Positions 40,086 through 50,382 of a DNA stretch of 64,000 nt are shown here, piece after piece. The position numbers were made by a program, and so were the translations under genes. Position 1 is the first letter of the stretch; each line of letters begins with the position of its first letter. The notes below the pieces were generated by a model, which saw nothing but the letters and a program-made list of their open reading frames with translations, made no database searches and was not told the origin of the DNA. The stretch is from the NCBI GenBank assembly GCA_040768745.1, contig JAXGMI010000001.1, forward strand, positions 288,001 to 352,000. Reading direction: 5' to 3'. The DNA comes from Desulfomicrobium sp. (GTDB lineage Bacteria > Desulfobacterota > Desulfovibrionia > Desulfovibrionales > Desulfomicrobiaceae).

Positions 40086-40442
40086 TTACCCGATGGTTTC
40101 CTTGATCACTTTCAGCAGCTCTGCACGATCAAACGGCTTGGTAAAGGAGGCGACCGCCTTCTGAATGGCGTATTTGTTCCCGGCCAGCCCGCTGATAACG
40201 ATGACGGGAATCGAGCCATGCACCTTGTCCTGGCTCAGTTCGCGGTAAAAGCGGGGCCCCCATTCCTTGGGCATCTCCAGGTCCAAGGTGATGAGATCCG
40301 GTTTCTCCTGATTGACCACAGCCAGGGCATCGGCCCCGTCCATGGCCTTGCATGTCGCATAGCCGGCATCGTGGAAAATGTCCTCGAGATACGTGACGAT
40401 GTTGGGATCGTCATCGATAATCATGATCTTTTTGGCCATCAT
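40086..40442 (-). CDS. Single-domain response regulator
   Basis: IIDDD, PDLITLDLEMP, VISG, FTKPF. Confidence 0.93.
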   Translation of the reverse strand: MMAKKIMIIDDDPNIVTYLEDIFHDAGYATCKAMDGADALAVVNQEKPDLITLDLEMPKEWGPRFYRELSQDKVHGSIPVIVISGLAGNKYAIQKAVASFTKPFDRAELLKVIKETIG

Positions 40443-40465
40443 ACACCCCCTGTGATGGTACTGCT

Positions 40466-41386
40466 TTATGCAAGTTGAATTTTATCCGGCCGATTGACCG
40501 AGGCAACCGGACACGTGGCCCTGAGCAACACCTGTTCCAACGTATGCCCGAAAACGGCGGACTCATCGCTCACGTCCTTGGAATGGTGGGCCATGATGAT
40601 GAGGTCGGCCTGCTTTTCGCGTGCGTACTTCACTATTTCTATGTACGGAATCCCTTCCCAGATATCGGCCGTCACCTTTTTGAAATCGCCCGTCTGGATC
40701 AGATACTTGCGGCGCATCCGGTCCCGGGCCTCGATCATGCGGTCATCAAGCTCTTTCTGAGAAATGAACCCATGACTGGACCCGATGTCGATGGCATGGA
40801 AGAGATGCAGATTGGCGTCCAGCTCCTTGGCGGTCCTGAGGGCGAATTTGAAGGCATGCTCCGAGCCCTTGGAAAAATCGGCCCCGAACACGATGTTGGT
40901 GAACCCGCCCCAGAAGGACGCCACGGGCCGGTTCACGACCAGGACCGGGGCCTTGGACGCCTTGGCCACCCGCTGCAGGGTGGAGCCGGCGAAATGGCGC
41001 TCGTATTCTTGGGCATCGGATTCGCATCCCGTGGTGCTGGCCCCCATGACAATGAGATCCACGTCCTCCTGGCGGGCCTTGCGCAACACCTCCCGGTGTG
41101 GGACGCCCACGGCGGCGTCGATCTCGCAGTCCACACCGCTCTTGAGCTGGCGGTCATAGGTCCCCTTCAATTCGTCCTTGACCCACAGGATGTAGTCTCC
41201 GTCCAGCTCCACTTTTTCCCCGGTGCGCAGATCGACCACGACTTGGCTGAAGCCCCGGCTCGGCGTGCCCAGGACATGGAAGACAAAGAGCTTGGCATTG
41301 TATCGGGCGGCCAGGTCAAAGGCCACGCGCGCGGCGGCATCGCAGCAGGGAGAGCCTGAGGTGGCGAACAGAATTTTCGTAAACAT
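40466..41386 (-). CDS. Tandem universal stress protein
   Basis: Two USP domains (KILFAT..DLIVMG; NIVFGADFS..DLIIMAHH). Confidence 0.92.
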   Translation of the reverse strand: MFTKILFATSGSPCCDAAARVAFDLAARYNAKLFVFHVLGTPSRGFSQVVVDLRTGEKVELDGDYILWVKDELKGTYDRQLKSGVDCEIDAAVGVPHREVLRKARQEDVDLIVMGASTTGCESDAQEYERHFAGSTLQRVAKASKAPVLVVNRPVASFWGGFTNIVFGADFSKGSEHAFKFALRTAKELDANLHLFHAIDIGSSHGFISQKELDDRMIEARDRMRRKYLIQTGDFKKVTADIWEGIPYIEIVKYAREKQADLIIMAHHSKDVSDESAVFGHTLEQVLLRATCPVASVNRPDKIQLA

Positions 41387-41444
41387 GTTTCAACTCCCGT
41401 TCTGGTTGCGGTGCGCCGCGGATCCTGCGGCGCACCCTTGGCCT

Positions 41445-42827
41445 TTATTCCTTGGGCAAGAGATGTTCCGGAACCTCGACCATCTTGACCAGCAGAGGCT
41501 TGAGGAAACTCCAGCGGATGCCTATTTCGTATTCCTCTTCCAGGTCGCGGATGGCGTCCCAGCAGTTGTGGCAGGGCGCGATGACGAACTTGGCGCCCGT
41601 GGCCAGGATCTGCTCCCGCTTCATCTTCAGGGCGTCGTTGCGCTGCTTGCGGTACCGTCCGATGCCGTTGAACCCGCCACCGCCGCCACAACAATAGTTG
41701 TGCTCCTTGTTGGGCGCCATTTCCCGGAAGTCCTCGGCCATGTGCTTCATGATGATGCGCGTGCACTCCCGCAAACCCGCGTTGCGCACATAGTTACAGG
41801 AGTCCTGCACCGTGACGGGTTCCTTGATTCTCTTGGCCGGGTCGATCTTCAGTTTGCCGGTCTCCAGGGCCTCGGCCACCCACTCCACGTAGTGGATGCA
41901 CTCCACCGGCGGCTTGCCATCGGGACGTCCGGCCCAGTAGGGGCCTTCGATGACCGTGGCCCGGTAGGCATGCCCGCACTCGGTGGCCACCATGCGCTTG
42001 GGCCGCAGCCGCTCCATGGCCTCGTACACGGTTTCGACCTGCATCTTGCAGGCCTCCCAGTCTCCGGCGAACATGGACAGGCTGGTCATTTCCCAGCCCG
42101 AAGAGGGCATGGTCCAATTCTCGCCCGCGATGTGGAAAAGAATCGCCGCCTCGACGATGTCCTCCGGGTAGTGCTTGGCCTCGCGGGCGTTGATCATGTA
42201 TACGATGTCCGCATCTTCCTTGTCGATGGGGATCTCCAGGCACGGCCACTCCTCCAGGGCTTCGTCCACCATCCATTCGCAGGTATCCACGAATTCCTCG
42301 ACGGTGACGTCCATCTGGGCGCGGAAAAGGCGGTGCATGCCGGAGCCGATCTTGAGTTCCCACGGCACAAAGCCCTGGGAATGCAGCAGGCCGCGCAGAT
42401 AGCTGAACATGACGCCCATATCGATGCCGTAGGGGCAGAAGGATCCACAGCGGTTGCAGCAGGTGCACTTGGACCAGGCGGTATCCATGCACATGCGCAT
42501 GAACTCGTTGGACACCTTGCCCTTCTGCTTGACGATCTCGCCCAGGGTGGACTGGATCTTGTAGGACGGGACCTGCTTGGGGTCGCGGCCGTTGACGCTG
42601 TACAGAAAGCAGCTGTCTGCGCAGAGCCCGCAGTGGGCGCAGATCTCCAGCCAGGTTTTGGTTCTGGACTTCATGGTCTTCTGGATCGTCGCCCAGAGCT
42701 TCTCGGCGTCCACGTCCAGGTTTTCCATTTCCGCGTAGTATTGGCGGCCGTTGCTGTCACCCAGCAGAGCGTCGAGCTCCTCCCGGGTCGAAACGGGCTT
42801 CTTATTGCAAAGTTTTCCTTCGGGCAT
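41445..42827 (-). CDS. hmcF: HmcF, Fe-S/CCG-domain (HdrD/DsrK-like) subunit
   Basis: [40 protein letters not shown]; operon position. Confidence 0.9.
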   Translation of the reverse strand: MPEGKLCNKKPVSTREELDALLGDSNGRQYYAEMENLDVDAEKLWATIQKTMKSRTKTWLEICAHCGLCADSCFLYSVNGRDPKQVPSYKIQSTLGEIVKQKGKVSNEFMRMCMDTAWSKCTCCNRCGSFCPYGIDMGVMFSYLRGLLHSQGFVPWELKIGSGMHRLFRAQMDVTVEEFVDTCEWMVDEALEEWPCLEIPIDKEDADIVYMINAREAKHYPEDIVEAAILFHIAGENWTMPSSGWEMTSLSMFAGDWEACKMQVETVYEAMERLRPKRMVATECGHAYRATVIEGPYWAGRPDGKPPVECIHYVEWVAEALETGKLKIDPAKRIKEPVTVQDSCNYVRNAGLRECTRIIMKHMAEDFREMAPNKEHNYCCGGGGGFNGIGRYRKQRNDALKMKREQILATGAKFVIAPCHNCWDAIRDLEEEYEIGIRWSFLKPLLVKMVEVPEHLLPKE

Positions 42828-42844
42828 GTCGTATTCCTCTTGGC

Positions 42845-43519
42845 TTACCAGTCAAAATTGGTCTTCATTCCGCCGCGCTTGATCCCGAAGTCCATGCCCA
42901 GCTGGATGCGCGTGCAGAAGAAGAGCGCGATGTGGGCCAGCTTGGTGAAGGGAGCGGTCAAAAGCACGATCACGCCGCACAGAATGTGCAGGTTGATCCA
43001 GAATGAATAGTTCGCGGTGTGGTACGAGGCCATGATGCCGGAGAACAGCAGGGTCAGGGTCAGGACCAGCAGCATGACGTCTTTGAAATCGGTCAGGATG
43101 CGCACCTCGGGCAGGACGATTCTGCGAATGGCGATACCCACGCCGCCCAGAAAGGCCGCGATGGCCAGCACGTCGGCCAGGATCTGGGGCATGGACGGCC
43201 AGTCTATGCCCAATCCACTCTTGATCATGACCGCGTGACCCTCCAGGAACAGGGGCACAATGACCAGGCCGACATGGAAGGCAAAAAACATGATGGTGAA
43301 GATGGGCTTGGCCCGCCAGCTGTGGGTGCCGAAGGGCAGTATCCAGCGGTACACGGACCGGACACCGCCTTTGAGACCTGCGGCCATGTGCGGTTTGTAG
43401 GCCACTCGATCCAGCCGCCAGTCCAGCCCCTTGAAGTAGAGCACCACCCGGGCAGTCAGTCCGACAAAGAACACCGCGAAGGCAATCCAGAGCAACGGAC
43501 CAGTCAAAATTTCATACAT
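42845..43519 (-). CDS. hmcE: HmcE, NarI-like cytochrome b membrane subunit
   Basis: LTGPLLW, FHVG, HILCG, PFTKLAH; operon position. Confidence 0.88.
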   Translation of the reverse strand: MYEILTGPLLWIAFAVFFVGLTARVVLYFKGLDWRLDRVAYKPHMAAGLKGGVRSVYRWILPFGTHSWRAKPIFTIMFFAFHVGLVIVPLFLEGHAVMIKSGLGIDWPSMPQILADVLAIAAFLGGVGIAIRRIVLPEVRILTDFKDVMLLVLTLTLLFSGIMASYHTANYSFWINLHILCGVIVLLTAPFTKLAHIALFFCTRIQLGMDFGIKRGGMKTNFDW

Positions 43520-43553
43520 AGATAACTCCTTCATCAGTCGCAACCGACCGAAC

Positions 43554-43703
43554 CTATTCTTCTTCCTTGTCAGCGAATCTGTCCTCGTCCCTGTCGGTCA
43601 GGAACAGCCAGAAGGCCACGAATGCCATCAGACCGAGGCCCATGCCGACATAGGCCATGCCCTTGGTCCAGAACGTGAAGTCATGCAGCGTCATGAATTC
43701 CAT
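43554..43703 (-). CDS. hmcD: HmcD small membrane subunit (49 aa; not in ORF track)
   Basis: Manual translation MEFMTLHDFTFWTKGMAYVGMGLGLMAFVAFWLFLTDRDEDRFADKEEE; RBS AAGGAG; between hmcC and hmcE. Confidence 0.88.
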   Translation of the reverse strand: MEFMTLHDFTFWTKGMAYVGMGLGLMAFVAFWLFLTDRDEDRFADKEEE

Positions 43704-43714
43704 ATCAATGCTCC

Positions 43715-44884
43715 TTAGTGCGCGCCCTTGAATTCAGGGTGTTCGTGCAGGATCGGCAACTTGTGCAGACAGAAACGCAGGACCGTGATTTCCAGTGTGA
43801 CGATGAACACGGTGATCATGATCTCTTCCCAGGCCGGAACATATCTGGATTCGAGCGGAAGCTGCCAGTTGAAGGCCACCAGGGAGATGTTCAGGCGGTT
43901 CAGCACGATGCCCAGCACGGTCACGATGGAGGCCCAGAACGCCAGCTTCTCGTTTTTCTCACGGGCCGCCACCGCGTACATCAGGCACGGCACGAGCACG
44001 AAACCGATCAGCTCGAACAGGAACCATGCGCCCCAGCCGGTGAAGAGCAGACTCCAGTTGTTGCCCAGGGCCACCCCGATCCATTTCAGGATGAAGTACG
44101 CAAAAAGGACCACCGAAGCGGCCTTGGCAAAACCCAGGGTCACACCGGAAGACTCCGCCAGGTGGGTTTCATCCATCTTGTGGTGCAGGTACTTGTGGGA
44201 CAAGCCACCCTCGAAGATGACCATGGAAAGGCCGGCCGGGATGCTTGAAACGAAGAAGAACATCGCCAGGTACGGGGAGTACCACAGGGGATGCAGCTTG
44301 GACGGGGCGATCAGGTACAGCGCGCCCAGGGAAGACTGGTGCAGGGTGGACAGAATGACGCCGAAGATGGTCAGAATCAGGGTCAGCCCGTGTACAAGAT
44401 GACGGATTTTCTTCCAGCGCAGGGCTTCCCATACGGCCGGAGAGAACTCGATGGCCAGTACGGTCAGGTACAGGGCCACGCAGAGGCCCACCTCGAAGAG
44501 GAAGGAGGTCGGCCCGGGATAGATGGTCAGGGGATAGGGCAGGCGGTAATAGCGGCCCAGGTCATACATCAGGGCAAAAACGACAAAGGCGTAGCCCAGA
44601 AACGCGGTGGTGATGGCTGGCCGCACTGCGGAATGGTACTGCTTCATCCCGAAGAGATACACTGCCGCGGATGTCGTGTATCCGCCGGCGGCCAGGGCGA
44701 CGCCGCAGAGCAGGTCAAAGCCGATCCAGATGCCCCAGGGGTTGTCATCGCTCAGGTTGGACACAGAGGCGATGCCCATGGTGAAACGTTTGACCGTCAG
44801 GACCAGCCCGATGAGCAGAATGACAGCGGTGATGATATTCGCCGGTGTCCAGAACGACTTGGTTGGTGTGGTGTGATGCGACAT
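43715..44884 (-). CDS. hmcC: HmcC, NrfD/HybB-family membrane subunit
   Basis: PWGIWIGFD, DLGR, LHQSSLG, HPLW, NRLN. Confidence 0.92.
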   Translation of the reverse strand: MSHHTTPTKSFWTPANIITAVILLIGLVLTVKRFTMGIASVSNLSDDNPWGIWIGFDLLCGVALAAGGYTTSAAVYLFGMKQYHSAVRPAITTAFLGYAFVVFALMYDLGRYYRLPYPLTIYPGPTSFLFEVGLCVALYLTVLAIEFSPAVWEALRWKKIRHLVHGLTLILTIFGVILSTLHQSSLGALYLIAPSKLHPLWYSPYLAMFFFVSSIPAGLSMVIFEGGLSHKYLHHKMDETHLAESSGVTLGFAKAASVVLFAYFILKWIGVALGNNWSLLFTGWGAWFLFELIGFVLVPCLMYAVAAREKNEKLAFWASIVTVLGIVLNRLNISLVAFNWQLPLESRYVPAWEEIMITVFIVTLEITVLRFCLHKLPILHEHPEFKGAH

Positions 44885-44896
44885 CAACACTCCTCC

Positions 44897-45952
44897 TTAT
44901 TGATCGCCCGATTCGGCGGATTCGGCCTTTTTGCGGGCCTCTTCCGCTTCCTTGAGCGCCTTTTTCACTTCACGATCCACAGCGGCCTGCTTGTCACGCT
45001 CGGCCTTGTCCATGGCTGCCTTGAGCTTTCTGGCTGCCTCGGCCTCGGTGTTGGACACCGCTTCGGCCACAGCATGCTTCCGCTCTTCTTCAGCGATCTT
45101 CTCCCTGCGTTTCGTCAGGGCGTAGGCCCCGGTAAGAAACACCGGCCACAAACCCACAACTGCGGGAACCACGGCCAGGGCGCCGGAGGTCAATTCAGGG
45201 GCCGGAGTAACGCCAAGGTCTTCACGCATGCCAATGCGCTCGAAGGGCACTCCGGAAACATAGAGCCAGCTCGTGCCGCCCATTTCCCGTTCGCCATAGA
45301 TATGATCCACATAGAGATTCGGGTGTTTGCGGATACGCTCGCGGGCGATCTTGATCAGGTCCACCCGGCGACCGAAAACCAGTGCCCCCTTGGGACAGGC
45401 CTCTACGCATCCGGGAAGCTTTCCCTCCTCGATGCGTGACTGGCACAGCGTACATTTGCGCACTCGGGGCGTGACCGGATCATGGTATTCGTACGTCGGG
45501 ATTTCAAAGGGACAGGCGATCATGCAGTACCGGCAGCCCACACACTTCTTGGCGTCGTAATGCACGGCCCCGGTCTTGTCCTTCACAAAGGCTCCGACAA
45601 AGCAGGCCGACGCGCACGCAGGCTCCAGACAATGGTTGCACTGAATCTTGCGGTACACGGGGTGACCATCCACGTCGTACTTGTTGACCACGGTAAAGGT
45701 GTCGTGATGGGTACGACGCTTTGTTTCCAGAATGGCCAGATCATCGAAGGGGATCTTCTGCGCCGGCAACTCGTTGACCTTGTTGCAGGCGGCCTCACAT
45801 TTTCTGCAACCAATACACTTGGTGCTGTCGAACAGCACGCCAAAGCTGTCGGGATATCCCTCAAAATGCTGTGCTCCACCGGCAGCTGCCGGACTCGCCG
45901 CCAAACAGGCACCCGCGCCAGCCAGCAAGCCAATGAATTTTCTGCGTTTCAT
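44897..45952 (-). CDS. hmcB: HmcB, Tat-exported 4x[4Fe-4S] protein
   Basis: MKRRKF Tat signal; [29 protein letters not shown]-terminal TM. Confidence 0.92.
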   Translation of the reverse strand: MKRRKFIGLLAGAGACLAASPAAAGGAQHFEGYPDSFGVLFDSTKCIGCRKCEAACNKVNELPAQKIPFDDLAILETKRRTHHDTFTVVNKYDVDGHPVYRKIQCNHCLEPACASACFVGAFVKDKTGAVHYDAKKCVGCRYCMIACPFEIPTYEYHDPVTPRVRKCTLCQSRIEEGKLPGCVEACPKGALVFGRRVDLIKIARERIRKHPNLYVDHIYGEREMGGTSWLYVSGVPFERIGMREDLGVTPAPELTSGALAVVPAVVGLWPVFLTGAYALTKRREKIAEEERKHAVAEAVSNTEAEAARKLKAAMDKAERDKQAAVDREVKKALKEAEEARKKAESAESGDQ

Positions 45953-45984
45953 ACTAGCTCCTCGTTATTGCGACCTTCGGCAGG

Positions 45985-47532
45985 TTATTCTTTCTTGGCA
46001 TGACACTCGGCGCAGGCGGTGTCGGCCGGCTTCTGGATGCCCATCTGGCGATGGCATCCCATGCACTGCTGATGATAGGCGGCTTTCAAGGCAGGTTTGA
46101 CCCCGTCCTTTTCATCCCCGACCTTGCCGTGGCAGCTCACGCACTTGGGCGGGTTGGCCGATGCAGGGCTGTTGTGGTGGCATCCCGAGCAGACTGCGTT
46201 GGGACTGGAATGAAAGTAGGCGGCCATGGGGTCGTCCTTCATGCCGTCCATGATCTTCTGCATGATCTTTCGATGGGGGAACTTGCTGGCCTGGAACTCG
46301 TTGGCCAGGACACCGATCTCGACAATCTCGGGGATGTCCTCCATTTTCCACGCTGTATCGGCCTTGGGACGCGTGTTCACGATCATGGCCGCGGTATTCA
46401 CCCTGGCGGTCTTGTTTTCGGTCAACTCGGCACCGGCCGTGATGTTCACGTGGCACTTGGCGCAGCTCGCCTCGGTCTTCTGACCGGCCTTGCCCATCAA
46501 GGTGTGACAGCCAGCGCACTGCTGCCTGGTCTGGGCCTTGGCATGACAACCAACGCAGCTGGACTGGGCCGTGACCCGATGCATGGCCTGCTCGGTGGTG
46601 ATGAAGGCGCCCTCTTCCTTGCCCAGGGAGGTGTGGCACTGGGAGCAGGCTGTGACGCCCTTGGAAGAGGCATTGTGGTGACAGACGGAACAGTTGCTGT
46701 TCTTCTCTTCATGCGCCTTGTGTTTGAAAGGCACGGCCTTGAGCAGCTTCGGCTCGGCACTGGGTGCGGAAGGGGCCATGAGCAGGGCGAAATCTGCCTG
46801 CCCTGCCTCCAGACGGGGAATGTCCTGGACTGGGATCTGCTTGTATCCCGCACGCACCGTCGCGTCATGACAACCTGCGCACACAATGGGGCCGGTGGGC
46901 TGCTTGGCCTTGGCAATTTCCTGATGACAGGAGAGACACCTTTCGTGGCTTTGCTCCTTGTTTTCCGCAAAGGCCAGATTCCGTTTCTCAGGCTTGTCCT
47001 GGATGTGGCACTTGGAACAGTTGTCCTTCTGCCCGGCTGCAGGCGGAACCATCTTGGAGGAAGAATGGCGGGAGTGCAGGGACTTGTCGAAAACGACCAA
47101 GGTCCTGACCGTGCTTGCGGGACCAGCGTGGCAGGACCGGCATTGTCCGCTTCCCGGACCGCTCTTCTTGCCTGCCTTGGCCGTCTCGGTGTGGCACGCT
47201 ATGCAGTTGTCGTGATAGATGGCCTTGATTTCCGCGGCATTCGTGTCTTCCTGACGCTTGAACTTGGCCGTGACCTTGGTTCCGGTCACCGTGTGACAGG
47301 ATTCGCACTTGTTTTCGACCGCCTTGGTATGCTTGTCGTGTTCAAACCGGACCACAGGATATTCGAGAGCACCGAACTTCTTGAGCGTATCAATGGAAAT
47401 GAGATCCGCGCCCATCTGCTTCTGTGCAATCGTTCCCTGTTTCCCCCCAAGAGCGTTCAGACCGAATCCAGCCATAGCTATGCTCACGCACAGGATTGCG
47501 ACCCATCGCAGCTTTGGTCTTCCCTTCTCCAT
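45985..47532 (-). CDS. hmcA: High-molecular-mass cytochrome c HmcA (15 CxxCH)
   Basis: Signal peptide; 15 CxxCH motifs counted; c3-like domains; first gene of the hmc operon. Confidence 0.93.
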   Translation of the reverse strand: MEKGRPKLRWVAILCVSIAMAGFGLNALGGKQGTIAQKQMGADLISIDTLKKFGALEYPVVRFEHDKHTKAVENKCESCHTVTGTKVTAKFKRQEDTNAAEIKAIYHDNCIACHTETAKAGKKSGPGSGQCRSCHAGPASTVRTLVVFDKSLHSRHSSSKMVPPAAGQKDNCSKCHIQDKPEKRNLAFAENKEQSHERCLSCHQEIAKAKQPTGPIVCAGCHDATVRAGYKQIPVQDIPRLEAGQADFALLMAPSAPSAEPKLLKAVPFKHKAHEEKNSNCSVCHHNASSKGVTACSQCHTSLGKEEGAFITTEQAMHRVTAQSSCVGCHAKAQTRQQCAGCHTLMGKAGQKTEASCAKCHVNITAGAELTENKTARVNTAAMIVNTRPKADTAWKMEDIPEIVEIGVLANEFQASKFPHRKIMQKIMDGMKDDPMAAYFHSSPNAVCSGCHHNSPASANPPKCVSCHGKVGDEKDGVKPALKAAYHQQCMGCHRQMGIQKPADTACAECHAKKE

Positions 47533-47926
47533 GTGAACATTCCTTTGTTGAAATCCACCCCGGAAAATTCCGGCAATCGCCCAAACCTGGAGGCCATGCC
47601 TCCAGCATCAGCCTCGTAACGAAAAAACCCTCTTCACACCTTGTCCGCACAATCCGTTTGCACCATTCACTTAAGCAGACTATAAAAGTATGATTTTTTC
47701 CGACTTCGTAGGTATAGAATCATCAAAACTGCGTCAAGGGCTAATTATTTTTTTCACAACGAAAAATAAATCTAATGATTACAGCGTGATTTTTTGGTCT
47801 GTTTTTTAACGGAGCCAAAACCGGCAAAGCTTTTCGACAGGAGATATGAACCAGAGAATGCGGGGGGAGGATTCCAACGGGTTGTGATCGCGGGTGGAAA
47901 CCGGGGAGCACGCAGGGAGGCCGCGC

Positions 47927-47957
47927 AAAAAAAAACCGGCTCTCTGGGAGAGCCGGT
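47927..47957 (-). terminator. Intrinsic terminator after tmcA
   Basis: ACCGGCTCTC/GAGAGCCGGT stem followed by a T-run on the minus strand. Confidence 0.85.
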
Positions 47958-47980
47958 GCACATTTGATCAACCGCAAGTT

Positions 47981-48370
47981 TTATTTTTTCACATGGCATT
48001 CGCCGCAGGCCTCGGGACCCTTCTTCTGATCGATATGGCACTTCTTGCACTGCTGGTGGTAGGCCATGCGCAGGCCGGGCTGGGTGCCCTGGGCCTTGAG
48101 GGTGTGACACTCGGAGCAGGCCTGGCCCTCGGAGCTTTCGCCCTCGACTTTCTTTCCGTCTTTGTAGACGTGATGGCAGAGGGAACAGTCCTCGGCCTGG
48201 GCCTTCTCGTTGTGCGTGTCGTGATCAAAAACGCTGACAGGCCGTTCCAGCTTGCCAAACGCATCCACTTTCAGCACCGTGTCTTCCTGGGAAAACGCAG
48301 AAACGCTGCACAGTGTGACGTAGAGCAGGACAGAGCAGAAAATGATCAATCTGTTTTGTGTATGTCTCAT
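47981..48370 (-). CDS. tmcA: TmcA, type II tetraheme cytochrome c3
   Basis: Signal peptide, FDHDTH, 4 CxxCH. Confidence 0.9.
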   Translation of the reverse strand: MRHTQNRLIIFCSVLLYVTLCSVSAFSQEDTVLKVDAFGKLERPVSVFDHDTHNEKAQAEDCSLCHHVYKDGKKVEGESSEGQACSECHTLKAQGTQPGLRMAYHQQCKKCHIDQKKGPEACGECHVKK

Positions 48371-48379
48371 CGTTCACCT

Positions 48380-49696
48380 CTAGACAGCATCCGGTTTTTC
48401 CATGCAATTATAAATGATTTCACCAAGGAACTTCAGCTCCATGTCAAGCTTGTACTTGTGAATGATATCCTCAAGTCCACCGTGACAGTTATGGCACGGG
48501 GCAATGCACACCTTGACGCCGGTGGCCTGAAGCTGTTCAGCCTTGACTCTGTTACTCTCCACGCGGGAGTTCTTGAACGGCGGCCCGCAGTTGATGACGC
48601 CGCCGCCCGCGGCGCAGCAGTAGTTGTGTTCCCGGTTGGGCGTCATCTCGATGAAGTTGGGGCAGAAGGCCCGAACCACTTCGCGCGCCTTTTCGTGCAG
48701 GCCGCGGCCTCGCACGACGTTGCACGGGTCGTGGAAGGTCACGGGCTCTTCGAATTTCTTGGCGACCTTGATCTTCCCTTCGTTCAGGAGATCCCAGTAG
48801 AACTCCAATGCATGCACGACCGGAATGGGGGGCATGCGCCAGCCAAGGACGCGGTTGCCCGTGTCGTACACGGAGCGGAAGGCGTGGCCGCACTCGCCCA
48901 TGACGATCTTCTTGACACGCAGTCTGGCCGCCGTCTCGAAATGCAGGCGCTTCAGACGCCCCATCATCTCGGAATCGCCGGTGTACATGGCCATGTCGGA
49001 GTTGTCCCAACCTGGCGTGGCCGGCATGGTCCAGTCCATGCCCGCCTCGTTCATGATGGCCGCGGCCTGGTAGATGAGCTGGGTCCGGAACTTGGGCTCG
49101 GGCCCGATAACCGAGTACATGATCTCGGCCCCTTCCTTCTCCAGCGGGATGCGCGCATTGGGCAGCTCTTCGCGCATCTCGTCCTCCTGCCAGTGCAGGG
49201 CGTCGATCCACTCGTCGTCCTTGACCCACATCTGGTTCATGGTCGCCGAATGGGAATGAGCCGTATCCTGGATGTAGAGCGGCGTGATCTCCAGCTTGTG
49301 CGAAATGCGGCGCACCAGCGACATCATGTAGGCGATATCGATGCCGAATGGGCAGTACTGCACGCAGCGGCGGCACATGTTGCACTCGGTCTGAGCGACC
49401 TGCACGGCCTGCTTCATGAATTCGGCCGAGACCTTGCCCTTCTTGTCGAGCATCTCCCAGATGGTCTGCTTGACCTTACCCACCGGCGAAAACCGGGGAT
49501 CACGGTCGCGGGAGAGATAGAAATGGCAGGCTTCGGAGCACAGGCCGCAGTGAGCGCACGTCTCGACGTACGCCTTCAGGCGGGACCCGGCCTCGTTGCC
49601 GAGCACCTGATTGATCGTCTTCTCGATCCTCTCGGGGGTCAGCTTCTCGGCCCCCTTCTCAATTCCTTCGTCCTTTATCCAGACGCGTTCTTTCAT
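48380..49696 (-). CDS. tmcB: TmcB Fe-S/CCG subunit
   Basis: CAHCGLCSEAC, CNMCRRCVQYCP, ECGH, HDPC, YCCAAGGG. Confidence 0.9.
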   Translation of the reverse strand: MKERVWIKDEGIEKGAEKLTPERIEKTINQVLGNEAGSRLKAYVETCAHCGLCSEACHFYLSRDRDPRFSPVGKVKQTIWEMLDKKGKVSAEFMKQAVQVAQTECNMCRRCVQYCPFGIDIAYMMSLVRRISHKLEITPLYIQDTAHSHSATMNQMWVKDDEWIDALHWQEDEMREELPNARIPLEKEGAEIMYSVIGPEPKFRTQLIYQAAAIMNEAGMDWTMPATPGWDNSDMAMYTGDSEMMGRLKRLHFETAARLRVKKIVMGECGHAFRSVYDTGNRVLGWRMPPIPVVHALEFYWDLLNEGKIKVAKKFEEPVTFHDPCNVVRGRGLHEKAREVVRAFCPNFIEMTPNREHNYCCAAGGGVINCGPPFKNSRVESNRVKAEQLQATGVKVCIAPCHNCHGGLEDIIHKYKLDMELKFLGEIIYNCMEKPDAV

Positions 49697-49711
49697 AGCG
49701 TTCTCCTCTTT

Positions 49712-50371
49712 TTACCAATCCTTGACGTGGCGCACCATGCCGAACTCGGAACCGATGTATGCCCTGGTCAAGGGGGCCAGGAGCATGTGACTCAGACGCG
49801 TGAAGGGGATGGCCACGAGCAGGAGCTCGGCGCACAGCATGTGCAGGATGACCATGGTCATGTAGTCGCCCAGCTGATGGTAGGCGAGGACGCCCGTCAC
49901 GAACGGCGAGGCCACGAGGGCGAGGAGTGCGAAATCCGTCCAGTCGGTGACATATTTGACTTCGGGCCGCACCACCCGGCGCACGCCGAAGAAGATGCAG
50001 GCGCCGATCACGGCAAAGGCGATGATGTCGGCCACTGCGTCGGGGATGGTGATCCAGCCGATGCCGAAGCCTTCCTCGATCATGATCTGGTGCGCGGACA
50101 CGAAGATCAGCAGCGCGAAGAAGGCGATGTGAAAGAAGAACGCCACGCCCGTGAAGACGGGATGCAGCCTCATGTTCACGGTGTTGAACGGGATGGACCA
50201 GTTGATGATGGACCTGAGCCCGTACTTGAGGGAAACGTAGTTCAGAAGGACCTGGTCCTTCTGCCTGGCGACGCTCAGGGTCGACCAGATCTTCCAGACC
50301 GACCCCAGTGCGAAGATGATCCACGCCGCCCAGGCCAGGGGCCCGGATACCAGTAAATAGATGTCCTGCAT
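49712..50371 (-). CDS. tmcC: TmcC cytochrome b membrane subunit
   Basis: SGPLAW, FFFH, HMLC, PFTRLSH; RBS AGGAGG. Confidence 0.88.
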   Translation of the reverse strand: MQDIYLLVSGPLAWAAWIIFALGSVWKIWSTLSVARQKDQVLLNYVSLKYGLRSIINWSIPFNTVNMRLHPVFTGVAFFFHIAFFALLIFVSAHQIMIEEGFGIGWITIPDAVADIIAFAVIGACIFFGVRRVVRPEVKYVTDWTDFALLALVASPFVTGVLAYHQLGDYMTMVILHMLCAELLLVAIPFTRLSHMLLAPLTRAYIGSEFGMVRHVKDW

Positions 50372-50382
50372 GTCGGGCCTCC

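Noticed and set aside
47740..47762. Rex operator upstream of hmcA
   Set aside because: Only one half-site (TTGTGAA) matches; not called as a feature
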